Source: a virus (lineage: Duplodnaviria; Caudoviricetes). Taken from it: a DNA stretch of 36,346 nucleotides. This document shows positions 1 through 8,728 of the stretch, in pieces. A program made the translations under genes and the position numbers. Within the stretch, counting starts at the first letter, position 1. Each line of letters begins with the position of its first letter. The DNA is taken from positions 1 through 36,346 of the IMG/VR virus record IMGVR_UViG_3300049192_000032, one strand, 5' to 3'. The notes under the pieces were generated by a model, which was not told where the DNA came from, did not search any database, and saw only the letters and a program-made list of their open reading frames with translations.

Positions 1-127
1 CATCTTCTACCGCGTATCCGGCTGCGTGAACGCCGAAGGCCTGCAGACAAGCATCTGCGTGCATCCAGACCAACTCGCTCGACTTCAGAAGTTCGCGTAC
101 AACGACGTCCGCACCCTGAACACAGCT
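1..127. repeat. Terminal overlap, identical to 36220-36346 (circular contig)
   Basis: Exact 127-bp match from catcttctac to cacagct at both ends. 127 is a common assembler k-mer length. Confidence 0.95.
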
Positions 128-328
128 GTTCGCAATGCTTCGCGCGACCTCTACACGCGCGGTCAACTGCCGACAGTCCGTAGCTGGTCACAGGCTGTTG
201 TTGACAAAGCCCTCTCGAAACTTACCGGCGCCTACGACCCGGTCAAGGCTCAGGAGTTCGAGCAGGCTCGCTTGGCAGCAGAGAAGCTTGCAGCTGAGAA
301 CAATGCTGCGTGGGCTGAGGTGGCGTAA
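1..328 (+). CDS. Hypothetical protein spanning the circular junction (start ATG 36209, about 112 aa, MRKTIFYRVSGCVNAEGLQ...)
   Basis: ATG at 36209 follows aagaaag and reads in frame across the overlap to TAA 326-328. It is preceded by a GATAAC...GGCTATACG motif at 36131. Confidence 0.75.
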   Translation, partial: IFYRVSGCVNAEGLQTSICVHPDQLARLQKFAYNDVRTLNTAVRNASRDLYTRGQLPTVRSWSQAVVDKALSKLTGAYDPVKAQEFEQARLAAEKLAAENNAAWAEVA

Positions 329-492
329 TGGACACACTACTGCGCCACCTCAGCATGATTGTTGGCAGCGGCTTCCTGCTAGGCGCTATGCAACTCACGC
401 ACGCCCAGGGCTACTCGGGCCTGGCACTGTTCGACCTAGTGTGCGGCATCTGGCTGTACCTGGGGTCCACACTTGTGCAGCCTTCCGACTGA
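328..492 (+). CDS. Small membrane protein (54 aa, MDTLLRHLSMIVGSGFLLG...)
   Basis: TAATG coupling to the upstream ORF, two hydrophobic segments, terminator at 500-520. Below the ORF-track cutoff. Confidence 0.6.
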   Translation: MDTLLRHLSMIVGSGFLLGAMQLTHAQGYSGLALFDLVCGIWLYLGSTLVQPSD

Positions 493-647
493 CACACTTG
501 CCCGCTTGCGCGGGCTTTTTGTTTGCAGCGCTCTGCGGAGCGCTGCGTGCCGCTTCGCGTCACTTGAACCAGCGCTCCGGGAACGGGGCCTTTTGAAATC
601 CGGAAAGGTGCTTGGACGTACCCCGTGCCACCTGGCTGGCGCTGCGG

Positions 648-2282
648 CTACTGCGCAGAACTATCACCCGTCTCCAGCACTTTGGTGAAGGTAAGTCCGG
701 GAAGCGCGGCATCCATGCGGAGCGGTTGCACTACGGGAGTATCTCCACCACGGAGAAACACACGGATGAAGCCTTCTGCCTGGTGGACTACCACCTTCTC
801 GATGACACGAGACAAGTCCTCCCGGAGTGCTGCACGAGCATCCAGGCTGTCCACTGACTTAATGGCCTTGACGATGTTTGCGAATACTGTGTCAGAGTCA
901 CCTTCCAGGTCCGCCAACTCCGCACGCGCCGCCCGCATCTCTTGCTCACGCTCTGCGGCTTCTTTCTCCGCATCAGCCAGGCGTTGCATCAGAGCAGGGA
1001 TAGGAGCATTGCTCGCACCGATGGCCTCCACAAACCGGTCGCGCTTCTGCTTCGCTGCTGACAAATCCACCTCGAGCACCTCGATGCGCGCCTTCAGCGT
1101 CTCCATGCGTGCCGTGCCTTCGAAGTACTGCGGCGCAACATGCGACACCACATGAATGACGGCATTCTCGAGTTCTGACGCACTTGCACCCGGGCACTGA
1201 GTAACACCACGATTGCGAGCAGTGCAGTAGTACCGCGCGTACTCCGGCTGTGCTTTCGAGTCTTTGTTCTTGCGCACAAAAGATTGACCACAAGTGCACT
1301 TCAACAGGCCCTGCAGCCAGTTCCGCAGAGACGCATCGCGTCGGCCCGGAAAGGCTCCCTTGCGGTCAGCGACTGCTTGTGCACGGAGAAAGGTTTGCTC
1401 GTCAACAATCACCGGGTAGTAGTTCTGGATGGGGTCGCCCACAGGAACCCGCTTGCCGTCGGGGTCGTACTTGCACGGCTGGTACTCACCAAGCACTGCA
1501 CGGCTCTTGAGCAGCCGGCCAACCAGTGACGTGTGCCAGGTATCACCTTTTCCGGGCACCGGCCATTTTTCTTTGTTCGCCAGGTTGACGGTACTGACCA
1601 CGCCATAGCCGGAAATCTTGCGAGCGAACACCTTCCGCACGCTCTCAGCTTTGTCCTCGAGCACTTCCCACGCGGTCTTGTCTTCATTCGCACGCAGCCA
1701 CTTCGGACCTTCGCTCGTCACCAGCTTGCCACCTGGCGTGCCGGCCTTGCTCTTCTTCTGGTGCCAGACGTGCGAGAGGCGCTCGGCTTTCATCGCGCTC
1801 TCGTTGTTTGCACGCGACATGAACACGATGGCGAGGATGAGGTTGCCGATGTCTTTGACGCTGTCCTTGTCCCAAACCTTCCCATCAACCAGCGTCACAA
1901 GCTTGATTCCGGCGTGCACAAGGTCGAGCAGTAACTTCAGAGCGAAGTCGACGTCATCCCGCGAGAGTCGGTCGAACTGCTCGATGACTAAGTAGCTGCC
2001 AGCAGTCACTTTTCCGGTGCGCACAGCCTCGATGAACGACGCAAGGGCGCCTTTCTGGACGTTCGCACGCTTGAACGCTGACACGCCCAAGTCCCGGTAG
2101 CTGTCTTCGTGCAGTTCCAGGCCGTGCTTGTCGCAGTACGCCCGGGCCATCTCGACCTGGCGCCGGAGGCTGTCACCAAGTTCTTGCTTCGCAGTGCTGA
2201 AACGCACGTAGCTGTATGCCACCGGCTTGGGAGTAGCGGGTGTCTGGGTCTCTTCTCCGGAGAGCGCGTCGTCTATGTGCAT
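648..2282 (-). CDS. Large serine recombinase (integrase)
   Basis: N-terminal resolvase domain YVRFST with catalytic Ser and DRLSR, a recombinase domain, a Zn ribbon (LLKCTCG...YYC...C) and a coiled coil. Confidence 0.93.
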   Translation of the reverse strand: MHIDDALSGEETQTPATPKPVAYSYVRFSTAKQELGDSLRRQVEMARAYCDKHGLELHEDSYRDLGVSAFKRANVQKGALASFIEAVRTGKVTAGSYLVIEQFDRLSRDDVDFALKLLLDLVHAGIKLVTLVDGKVWDKDSVKDIGNLILAIVFMSRANNESAMKAERLSHVWHQKKSKAGTPGGKLVTSEGPKWLRANEDKTAWEVLEDKAESVRKVFARKISGYGVVSTVNLANKEKWPVPGKGDTWHTSLVGRLLKSRAVLGEYQPCKYDPDGKRVPVGDPIQNYYPVIVDEQTFLRAQAVADRKGAFPGRRDASLRNWLQGLLKCTCGQSFVRKNKDSKAQPEYARYYCTARNRGVTQCPGASASELENAVIHVVSHVAPQYFEGTARMETLKARIEVLEVDLSAAKQKRDRFVEAIGASNAPIPALMQRLADAEKEAAEREQEMRAARAELADLEGDSDTVFANIVKAIKSVDSLDARAALREDLSRVIEKVVVHQAEGFIRVFLRGGDTPVVQPLRMDAALPGLTFTKVLETGDSSAQ

Positions 2283-2400
2283 GGCTGGGCGTAGGCGAGG
2301 GTGGTTCCATTATCGCCCAACGGTGTTGATAGTCGGGCGGTATTAGCCTGGACGCCCCGTCTTCAACAAAACCGGGCACCAAGTGCTAAATACTGGTGCC

Positions 2401-2428
2401 ATTATCGACCGACTATCGTCATTGTCAA
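2401..2428 (-). promoter_or_regulatory. Sigma70-like promoter facing the recombinase gene
   Basis: Minus strand reads TTGACA-16 nt-GATAAT, about 120 nt upstream of the ATG at 2282. Confidence 0.55.
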
Positions 2429-2561
2429 GCAGTATGTGCACCGCGTTGCCATCAAGACTATCTGTGGGGCATTAACTGCCCGACGGATTCTTGTGAACAG
2501 GTTCTGGTAGCAGGCGCTTTTCGGACTAGCTGCCGATTGGGAGGGCTTTACAGTTGCTACG

Positions 2562-2852
2562 GTGAAAGCAACCAAAGCAGTCATCTACGCGAAGGGTCCA
2601 ACCGTGCTGAACGAGTACATGTCGTTCGGGCCGTACTACCTTAGTCCGTTGCTCCCCAATGGGCTGCCCAATAATGAGTGGGGCCGGCCTGCTGCATTCA
2701 TCAGCCTCGAGCATTTGGCCATATATCTCCTCGAGAAGGACCTGGAGCCTATCCCCATCCCTAACGAAGAAGGCTGGGCAGATGACATCCAGGACCTGGA
2801 CGAGGCACACTGGAAAGCCCTCAACGAGTTGTTGACCGGCAAACCGGCTTAA
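2562..2852 (+). CDS. Hypothetical protein
   Basis: 96-aa ORF with protein-like composition, followed by a terminator at 2918-2941. Confidence 0.55.
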   Translation: MKATKAVIYAKGPTVLNEYMSFGPYYLSPLLPNGLPNNEWGRPAAFISLEHLAIYLLEKDLEPIPIPNEEGWADDIQDLDEAHWKALNELLTGKPA

Positions 2853-3005
2853 CCCATAGCGCCTTTACTCTGTCCCTAATTAACCAGTACTGTTGCCAAT
2901 CTGGCAACTGATAGCAGGCCCACCCTCGAGGTGGGCTTTTTGTTTGCAGGTGCGGATTTCTGGTGCCTATACGGATAACACAACCACCCGTAAAGGAGAT
3001 TCACC

Positions 3006-3304
3006 ATGGACACCTCACCAATCCTAGAAATCGTGCAGCAGCTTGGAGTAGCCCAGGCAAAAACAAAGACGACCTAATCACGGCCGCATTCGAGCGCCTA
3101 ACCGGTCGGCAGCTAGATATGGTTGCCGACAAAGACCGGTTGCACCGGGAAATCATCTACGACAAGGAGTTCTACTTCTTCAACAACAAGCCTTTTGTTG
3201 TCATCATGGAAGTATTTCCTGAGCCAACTGAAGATGAAGCAGGCCGGATTCTGCTCACGCCACAGATTAAGAGCGCATACCTAGGCGATATGCAACTGCC
3301 CTGA
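3006..3304 (+). pseudogene. Hypothetical gene split by a frameshift at an A5 run (about 3059-3063)
   Basis: Strong RBS AAAGGAG with ATG 3006 gives only 23 aa. The -1 frame continues NKDDLITAAFERL... to TGA 3304. Confidence 0.55.
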
Positions 3305-3521
3305 TTGCATTTGAATTGCTCACAAGCCCTCTTCGGAGGGCTTTCTTATTTGCAGGTACCGAATGCCCAAGCCCTTCTTTGGTCCGCTGATTTTAGAGTA
3401 TTCCTTCTAATATTTCGAAAAACATATAAAGAATGACCGTCATTCGGATAACACGTGCCTATACCTTGTAAGCCCAGGTGATTTGCCGGGGTCCAACACA
3501 CAACCACACGGAGATATCCAA

Positions 3522-3944
3522 ATGAACACCAAGACTAACGCACCATACACCGTAAGCAGCTGGGATGCTGCAATGGCAAATATCGGAAAAGAGCCGTATA
3601 CGGTCAGTAGCTGGGATGCTTTCCTCGCTGAGAACAAATTGCATGCCAACAAGGTCGCTGCCATCAAGACCCTCTGCGAGCAAAGCCGCTTGTCGCCATC
3701 GAGCCGCTTCTACATGGACAACCTGGCCAAGAACGCCGAGCAGCAGGGCATCACCTTGGATGCGCTGGAGTTCGCGATGGGTGAACTTGCTGAGGCTGAC
3801 TTGGAGGCTATCCAGTCGTGGGACCTGGCCGAAAAAGATGGCCAACCACCAGCCGTCGCAACCTTCTACTTCGAGACCAACCCAGCTGCCACGTCTGCCG
3901 AGCGCGACGCTGTGCCGGCTCACATGTTGGCTTGGCCGTTCTGA
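3522..3944 (+). CDS. Hypothetical protein with an internal PYTVSSWDA repeat
   Basis: GGAG RBS with ATG 3522, upstream GATAACACGTGCCTATAC motif at 3447. Confidence 0.75.
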   Translation: MNTKTNAPYTVSSWDAAMANIGKEPYTVSSWDAFLAENKLHANKVAAIKTLCEQSRLSPSSRFYMDNLAKNAEQQGITLDALEFAMGELAEADLEAIQSWDLAEKDGQPPAVATFYFETNPAATSAERDAVPAHMLAWPF

Positions 3945-3985
3945 GGTGGGACCGGGCAATGGCAACTGGCGCTACAGTAGGAGCC

Positions 3986-4159
3986 ATGAACTTCCAGGCC
4001 GTTAAAGCGTTGCTTGCGCCCATGTCCGACGAGCAGTTCGAGGCATCACTGCAGGACACGCCTAGGTCCGAGGACGCCGTCACTCTCGCAGACGTAGGCC
4101 TCGAGGTCGTCGCTCGTGAAGTGGTGGCCGAGCGAGACGCCACACCGCCAGGCGCCTGA
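3986..4159 (+). CDS. Small acidic hypothetical protein (57 aa)
   Basis: AGGAG RBS with ATG 3986, hairpin terminator at 4182-4211. Confidence 0.6.
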   Translation: MNFQAVKALLAPMSDEQFEASLQDTPRSEDAVTLADVGLEVVAREVVAERDATPPGA

Positions 4160-4275
4160 CCGCAACACCATCTGCAACCAAGAGCCCGCCCCCTAGGCGG
4201 GCTCCTGCTTTCAGGGGCGGATTACCAAGAATTACGGTGGCGCTACGTAATTACTTGTGAGCAGCTACTTACCGG

Positions 4276-4470
4276 CTAGCCAAGTGAGGACGTGGGCTTA
4301 AGGCGCCGGAGGGGGATGTTGGCGTCTTCCGCTTCGTACAGACCCATGCGCTCGCTGGCGCGTATGACCCGGGTGATGGCTTCGTCCTGCTTCTGCTTCT
4401 GCTTGGCCAGCCGGCGCGCACGCGCCTTGTCATCAAGACGCTTCTTGATTGCACGTGCGCCTGTTTTCAA
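4276..4470 (-). CDS. Small basic hypothetical protein, possibly the C-terminal half of the 4637 ORF
   Basis: 64-aa K/R-rich ORF with a TTG start inside the palindrome, overlapping the upstream stop (TTGA). Confidence 0.35.
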   Translation of the reverse strand: MKTGARAIKKRLDDKARARRLAKQKQKQDEAITRVIRASERMGLYEAEDANIPLRRLKPTSSLG

Positions 4471-4637
4471 CGTTGAAAAAACCGCTTGACCGCTGGAGAC
4501 GGTGTCACGTTGACGCGGACGGTCTTCGTACCTGGTGGCGGTGCAACGTCTGGGCGCTCCACGATGTCAGCACGCAGGCGTTCAGCCATGCGCTGCTCAA
4601 TGCGAACACGCAGTGCTTCAGCGTCTTCGGGAGTCAT
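4467..4637 (-). CDS. Small hypothetical protein (56 aa, MTPEDAEALRVRIEQRMAERL...)
   Basis: Translated by hand. Helical, charged sequence. Its stop codon lies inside the first 16-bp palindrome. Confidence 0.4.
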   Translation of the reverse strand: MTPEDAEALRVRIEQRMAERLRADIVERPDVAPPPGTKTVRVNVTPSPAVKRFFQR

Positions 4638-4734
4638 GACGGCGCTTAGTCGTCATAGCTAGCCATGGTACAGATTTTCAACGTTGAAAACGTGGTGCCT
4701 ATACGGATAACAACAACCACATAGGAGTATCACC

Positions 4735-5058
4735 ATGAAGACCCAAATCACCTTTGCATGCGTGCCTGAAGACAAGAAGCAGGTAGCCAGCTATCTGCAG
4801 CAACTCGACTTCGGCTGCAATTTCGGAGTTCGTGTGCTTATGGAACTGCCAATGCTGTACCAAGGCTGGGAGTGCGATGAATACGCTTGGCTGGTGGAAG
4901 GCGTAAATGACGGTTCCAAGTATTTGGTGGAAACCAGCCATGGCAAGCCGTGCTTCATGCCAACGTCTTCCCTTGAGCGCCAAGTAAAGATGTATCGCCA
5001 CGCCGCGGACTTGGCAGAGAAAGCCATCGCTGCGGTCAAAGCAGGAGGTGCCAAATGA
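4735..5058 (+). CDS. Hypothetical protein
   Basis: AGGAG RBS, first gene of an ATGA-coupled string. Confidence 0.75.
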   Translation: MKTQITFACVPEDKKQVASYLQQLDFGCNFGVRVLMELPMLYQGWECDEYAWLVEGVNDGSKYLVETSHGKPCFMPTSSLERQVKMYRHAADLAEKAIAAVKAGGAK

Positions 5059-5450
5059 ACACCCGTCTCAGAATCCAACTGGCCATTACTGCCATCAATG
5101 AAGCTGTTGCTGCTGGCAACATCTTCCAAGAAGAACTCTCTCCTGAGGTCCGCGGCATCACCCACGGCCTATCCGAGTACTTCCTCGTTGAAACTGTTGG
5201 CGGTTCCACTGCCGCAGTTGGCTACAGCGAAGCCGAGTTGCTCGCAAATCTGATTGTGATGATTCATCCCCTCGAACGGATGCGCTACTTCGATAAGGTT
5301 GCCGGAATGGAGACGTTGCTTAACCAGCAATCAGCTGAAATCGAGTATGTCAGCAAGAACTTTGACTACAGCGTGTTTGCCGGCGCCCAGGGTCCGTTGT
5401 CCGGGAGTGGTTGCCGTGACCAGGTGGAAGTGGAAGGAGGTGCCAAATGA
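5055..5450 (+). CDS. Hypothetical protein
   Basis: GGAGGTGCCAAATGA coupling junction. Confidence 0.75.
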   Translation: MNTRLRIQLAITAINEAVAAGNIFQEELSPEVRGITHGLSEYFLVETVGGSTAAVGYSEAELLANLIVMIHPLERMRYFDKVAGMETLLNQQSAEIEYVSKNFDYSVFAGAQGPLSGSGCRDQVEVEGGAK

Positions 5451-5668
5451 AATACCTCCCACTTCTCATGATGGCCATTGGCCTGGCTGGCTGTAGCAAG
5501 CCTTCCGCTGTCAGCAATACCCAGCCTGAAAACAGCGTCGTTCTTGAAGAGCACTATGCCATCACCACCCGCGTAGTAGTTCTCAAGCTGAACGACGGAA
5601 CCCGTTGTGCCACTACGGACCGCGGCGGTGTCGACTGCGACTGGAAACACGAGGGAGGTGCTCAATGA
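5447..5668 (+). CDS. Small lipoprotein
   Basis: Signal peptide with lipobox LAGC, additional Cys pair, coupled start. Confidence 0.7.
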   Translation: MKYLPLLMMAIGLAGCSKPSAVSNTQPENSVVLEEHYAITTRVVVLKLNDGTRCATTDRGGVDCDWKHEGGAQ

Positions 5669-5847
5669 AGGCGCTCCAATTCATTAAGCAGCTGCTTGGC
5701 TGCCTTCGCCTTGGACACAAGCCGGAGTTCATTCGGAACGTGTACGGCGACGAAATCCGCTACCTCGGCTATGCCCGCTCTATCTGGTGCTGCGCACGAT
5801 GCGAGCGCATTCTGTTCCGTAATCAACTACACCGGGAGGCCAAATGA
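5665..5847 (+). CDS. Small Cys/His-containing hypothetical protein (possible Zn binder)
   Basis: GGAGG with ATGA overlap. C...GH...CARC pattern. Confidence 0.65.
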   Translation: MKALQFIKQLLGCLRLGHKPEFIRNVYGDEIRYLGYARSIWCCARCERILFRNQLHREAK

Positions 5848-6020
5848 AAGCAACAGAACTGATTGCAGTTCTACAGAGCCAAGTAGCCAAGCATGGCGAC
5901 CTCGAGGTGCTTAAGCAAGACAAGACTGACCCCCTTGGCTACTCACTAGCCATAGATGCATGGCTCATCCGGGTGAATGCAGGCGACAAAGGCAAGCTGG
6001 AGGGATTCTTTATCGACTGA
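5844..6020 (+). CDS. Small hypothetical protein (58 aa, MKATELIAVLQSQVAKHGDLEV...)
   Basis: GGAGG with ATGA overlap, typical phage M-x-x-x-ELI-x-x-L start, terminator at 6026-6054. Confidence 0.7.
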   Translation: MKATELIAVLQSQVAKHGDLEVLKQDKTDPLGYSLAIDAWLIRVNAGDKGKLEGFFID

Positions 6021-6093
6021 CAACAGGCCCCGCATTCCGCGGGGCTCTCGTTTTCAACGTTGAAAATCACAACCAACACGGAGACAATGAACA

Positions 6094-6249
6094 ATGGATA
6101 CCTTCCGCAATCTACCGCTGACTCCTAAGCAAAACGCAGAAGTTCTAGCCTACATCGCAGCCAAAGAAGCAACTGGCGAGCCTTGGGATACTCTTGAACT
6201 GTCATACATGCTCAAAGACATGCTGCAGCCTCCTCCACTTTCTCAATAA
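6094..6249 (+). CDS. Small hypothetical protein (51 aa, MDTFRNLPLTPKQNAEV...)
   Basis: GGAG RBS, TAATG coupling to the next ORF. Confidence 0.6.
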   Translation: MDTFRNLPLTPKQNAEVLAYIAAKEATGEPWDTLELSYMLKDMLQPPPLSQ

Positions 6250-6479
6250 TGCGCGCCGACATCACCAACCTCACACCAAGCTTGGTAGCCCGTCTGATTC
6301 CAGTCTTAGAGGCTGCGGAAGTTGCCGGCTGCGCATCTGTGTTCGTGTTTCTGGAAACAGGAGTTGGGTTCCATGCGACCATTGAATGCCCAGACCAAGG
6401 AGAATGGACCATGGATGCACACGAGTTCAGCTACCTGCTTGGTCACATGAAGCAGCACATCGAGACGCTGACTCCATAG
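6249..6479 (+). CDS. Hypothetical protein
   Basis: Coupled start, terminator at 6500-6529. Confidence 0.6.
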   Translation: MRADITNLTPSLVARLIPVLEAAEVAGCASVFVFLETGVGFHATIECPDQGEWTMDAHEFSYLLGHMKQHIETLTP

Positions 6480-6601
6480 ACCAGCCACCTGCAAACAAGA
6501 GGCCGCCCGTGAGGCGGCCTTTTCGTTTTCAACGTTGAAAATTCAGGCGTGGAAGTTTGGTGCCTATACGGATAACACAACCACCGTAAAGGAGTATCAC
6601 C

Positions 6602-7024
6602 ATGAACGACAACACCAACAAACCAACCAGCTGGCCATTCACCGCAAAGATGACTGTCAGCCAGCCTGTCACGGTTGAGTTCAGCAAGGTCGACGACTTG
6701 GTTGGCGCTGACTTGCGGCCTGACCACCAAGTGTTTGCGCCACTCAATAACTACTACGGCCGTCCCTCAGTGTTCGCATACAAAGGTCGCTTCTTCATGG
6801 CACTGGGAGACGTATGCGGTGGTCGCTGCGTTGAAATTAGCAAGCCCCTCTATGACGCCTTTGTTGCAGACTTCGGTGCACTGAGCATTCCAGCGGGTAC
6901 GCAGGAAGAGGACTCGCTCGCAGATGGATTCCAGGTGGTTGACGCTAACCGCGAGGCTGCAGCCATCATTAGTAATCACGAGGCATACCTGCAAATGATG
7001 AAAGACTGGAAGAGCGAGGACTGA
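6602..7024 (+). CDS. Hypothetical protein
   Basis: AAAGGAG RBS, own promoter motif (6560) and terminator (7046-7070). Confidence 0.75.
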   Translation: MNDNTNKPTSWPFTAKMTVSQPVTVEFSKVDDLVGADLRPDHQVFAPLNNYYGRPSVFAYKGRFFMALGDVCGGRCVEISKPLYDAFVADFGALSIPAGTQEEDSLADGFQVVDANREAAAIISNHEAYLQMMKDWKSED

Positions 7025-7235
7025 CATCAACCTATTGCCACCAAGGCCCTCTTCGGAGGGCTTTTTATTTGGGATACCGAATGCCAAACCCTTCCTTGGT
7101 CAGCCTTTGGTTAATTTAAGCCAATCCTAAGAAATATATAAAGATTGACCCTCATTTGGATAACACGTGTGCCTATACACAGTGTACCCCCGTGATTTGC
7201 GGGGATGCATTAACCAACCACACGGAGATATCCAT

Positions 7236-7571
7236 ATGTCGAACATCATCAAAAACCTCGCAGCCGTCGCAGACGCACCGCTGTCCACTCATTCTCTGGC
7301 CTATATCTCGCGCATGCTCTGCAGCGCCGAAAACCGAGACCGCCTGTTTATCGTGGCTCACGGCCATTCCGGAGAGAAATACAGCACCACTGTCTACGAC
7401 GTGCTTGCACACCACCTCTACCGCGCCGTGCACCCGACGAGCATTGGCAGCTGGATTAAAGCTGTCAGCCAAGAAAACAAGAGCATCCAGTTCTTGAAGA
7501 AGAACGAGATTCTCCGGCTGCAAATTGTTGAAGACAAGCGCGTCGAACGTCAGCAACTTATCCGGGTTTGA
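7236..7571 (+). CDS. Hypothetical protein
   Basis: GGAG RBS with ATG 7236. Leader is homologous to the one at 3326-3524. Confidence 0.7.
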   Translation: MSNIIKNLAAVADAPLSTHSLAYISRMLCSAENRDRLFIVAHGHSGEKYSTTVYDVLAHHLYRAVHPTSIGSWIKAVSQENKSIQFLKKNEILRLQIVEDKRVERQQLIRV

Positions 7572-7642
7572 CCGTCAATTTAAGACGACCTGCCTACACA
7601 AAGTCCGACCAACTACACACACCACACACCGGAGAATTTCAA

Positions 7643-8140
7643 ATGTCCACAGCAAATTGGCTCACCCCCAACTATCGCTCCCGTCTTGCTAACAAGGCCG
7701 TCTACGCCTCGGCGCTCGCGACCATCATCGGCTCTCATGCCATCGCCTTGGCCGCCAACCGCCACAAAGACGTACAACTGGCCAACGTCAACCTGGAGCA
7801 CGTGGCTCCGCTAATCGACCAGGCCGCCAATGCCGCAACCCTGCTCATCAACGACAACGCAGCCATCGTCAAAAGCATGAGCGAAGAAGAGGCGAAGTAC
7901 ATGCGGTCGGACGCGCTCTGCCGCACCTACACCCGTGCCTTCGACTTGGCCGAGCAAGGCTGCATCGACCCGGTCGGCGCCCGCGTAGCCGACGAAATCT
8001 TGGAGCGCGCACGCCGCAATGTCGTCTGGCCAGAGCCAGCAAGCACCGCCGGCTTGGCCCAGCTGGACATGTTCCTGGTCGAGATGGCCAATGCAATCAA
8101 GCCGCTGCTGGCAACCCAGCAAGACCTCCTGGCAGCCTGA
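7643..8140 (+). CDS. Hypothetical alpha-helical protein
   Basis: C/A-rich leader, GGAG, ATG 7643, terminator at 8160-8188. Confidence 0.75.
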   Translation: MSTANWLTPNYRSRLANKAVYASALATIIGSHAIALAANRHKDVQLANVNLEHVAPLIDQAANAATLLINDNAAIVKSMSEEEAKYMRSDALCRTYTRAFDLAEQGCIDPVGARVADEILERARRNVVWPEPASTAGLAQLDMFLVEMANAIKPLLATQQDLLAA

Positions 8141-8243
8141 CCAACCCCTCTTGCCACCAAGCCCCGCATTCAGCGGGGCTCCTTTTTTCAACGTTGAAAA
8201 CGTGGTGCCTATACGGATAACACCAACCACCACGGAGACAACA

Positions 8244-8552
8244 ATGAACGCATACCACTGGACCGAAGACGTGCTGCACAGGGAAATCTGGGAAGCCCAG
8301 CATGAGCGGTACGCCAAACAGGCTGCACTGACCGCGCTACTCGAGCGCGCACTCTGGCCTGCTAAAGACCCCGAGGACTTCCAACTTCAGACGTACTGGA
8401 ACCTGGGCTGCCTTTGCATTGCGCAAATCACCATCTGGAACGCAGACAGCGACGACGCACATGTGCAGGCACTGCGGGAGAAGTTGCAAGCCTTGGCCGC
8501 TGAGACCCTTGGCGACTGGGCGCAGGTAGAGGTGTACGGCGACAAGCCTTGA
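8244..8552 (+). CDS. Hypothetical protein
   Basis: Promoter motif at 8205, GGAG RBS, ATG 8244, bracketed by palindromes at 8185 and 8553. Confidence 0.7.
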   Translation: MNAYHWTEDVLHREIWEAQHERYAKQAALTALLERALWPAKDPEDFQLQTYWNLGCLCIAQITIWNADSDDAHVQALREKLQALAAETLGDWAQVEVYGDKP

Positions 8553-8728
8553 TTTTCAACGTTGAAAACGCAGCCCCGTCCCTTCACAGGCGGGGCTTTT
8601 TGTTATCTATACGTTCACAAGGAGCCGGCCGCGGACGGCATCACATCGAGGACCGCGGAGAACAGGACATTGATTGCAACGCACATAGGCGCTCAGCCGG
8701 GGCGATAGACGACCGGTTCGGACTATGA

